Origin: Felis catus
Lineage: Eukaryota
NCBI RefSeq assembly: GCF_018350175.1
Contig: NC_058368.1
Span: 128,590,001 to 128,654,000 of the forward strand
Length of the DNA: 64,000 nucleotides
Reading direction: 5' to 3'
Shown here: positions 62,804-64,000 of the stretch, one piece after another
Numbering within the stretch: position 1 is the stretch's first letter
How the letters are laid out: the number at the start of each line of letters is the position of its first letter
Program-made: the position numbers and the translations under genes
Notes under the pieces: generated by a model
What the model was told of the DNA's origin: nothing
What the model saw: the letters and a program-made list of their open reading frames with translations, nothing else
Database searches by the model: none

Positions 62804-64000
62804 GAATGCGGTTAGAGGTAGACTTAACCTGAAATGAAAACACACTGCTTCCTTCAGGTTAGCCCTGTTGGCTCTCTTTCTACCCTCACTTAAGAAGACC
62901 TGTGGATTAGAAATTTTCACCTGGCTCCTTGGTGATAGTTCATCAGCCTCCTCTGTTAGACCCATAGCCAGTGACCACTGGAGATGAAACACTTGAATGC
63001 ATAAAATGTTTTGTGAAATCTTTTGTGTTAGGTGACCTATTATATTAAGTCTCCTACTAATAAAGGAATGATTACAGAATGACAATGAGAGATGCTGATA
63101 ACGGAGAGTGGATAATAGCCTGCCTGGAAACCACAGAGCAGCTTATGTTTAAATAAGAAAGAGAGCATCAGAGTGAGTCAGAGGAACAAAATATGATTTC
63201 TGGTCCACTTCTTTCTCTTATTTTGCTGTGAATCATTACCATATTATACCATGGCCTTTTTCTAGCAACAGACTCTCTTTGGGCATCCAGCCACCACATG
63301 ATACTATTCCTGAAGGTTCTATTCTTATTCTCCTTCCTTGGCAGAAACACCCCAGGGAGGGAGCCAACTCGAGTTCCCCTTTCCCAATTACCTTCTAACT
63401 ATTTCTCCTATCCCACATTCCCAGCTATTCCCCTCAAGGCTTTTCTCTGTCTAATAAGTCCAGATGGGCCCAACCTCCTTATACTTTTACTTTTAGGTTA
63501 TATTTGTCTTTCTATATCTTTAATGAGCTCTGTTTCACATTTGCCTATGTTTAAAAATGATAGGGAAAATGTAAAGAATGACTTCCCTATGCAACTTTAT
63601 TTCTGAAGGGAATACCATTTTGAAGACCGTGCACCAGTACAGACTCATAATTCGTTGTGCCCATATGTACTCTCCATTAATATTTTGTAGGGTTGCACTG
63701 AACATAGATTTCTCACCTGTGCTGTTTGAGTAGTCTTATGAGACATAATTCCGTTGGTCTTCAAGATAATGAATCCTTATTAAATATAGTTTGATTGGAA
63801 CTCATGTCTGATAAAATATTATATCACTTTAGATATTTACTAAAATCTCATTACATTGTGATAAATGACTTAATAAATAAAAAGTCAGAATTTTTATTAT
63901 GTAAGTATAAAATCTTTTTATTTAAGAGATATTTTCCCCTTTTTTCCCTAATTTATCTTTTAGGTACTGACCTCAAGATTTATTCTGCTGACATCCTCAA

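Noticed and set aside
30253..64000. NDUFAF2 exon 2
   Set aside because: No QTIREKRIVE-like coding sequence was seen; intron 1 extends past the window

Overview
Mammalian genomic DNA from a cat-family (Felidae) animal, judged from its Can-SINE/SINEC_Fc-type and carnivore L1 repeats. It is centred on the head-to-head CpG-island promoter (~29.5-31.1 kb) shared by ERCC8 (CSA, minus strand) and NDUFAF2 (complex I assembly factor, plus strand). ERCC8 coding exons 1-4 lie at 29819-29895, 18761-18856, 13730-13831 and 9812-9935; they splice with GT-AG into one open frame of 133 codons. NDUFAF2 coding exon 1 is at 30126-30252 and is followed by a long intron 1 that runs off the window. The rest is intronic: about 30 Can-SINEs, a full-length but dead sense L1 (~49.7-56.7 kb), several truncated L1s, L2/MIR/CR1 relics, ERV-L and MER21 remnants, and Tigger/hAT DNA transposons. 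I see no evidence of a wholly new biological system. The best leads are a frame-breaking candidate poison exon in ERCC8 intron 2, a palindromic CATG giving Kozak-context ATGs on both strands of the promoter, CTCF-like motifs (one L1-borne), an in-frame candidate cassette exon in NDUFAF2 intron 1, and template-switch hairpin scars. Repeat family names and comparisons to human sequences are from memory and were not checked against a database; repeat boundaries are approximate unless TSDs or TIRs are given.
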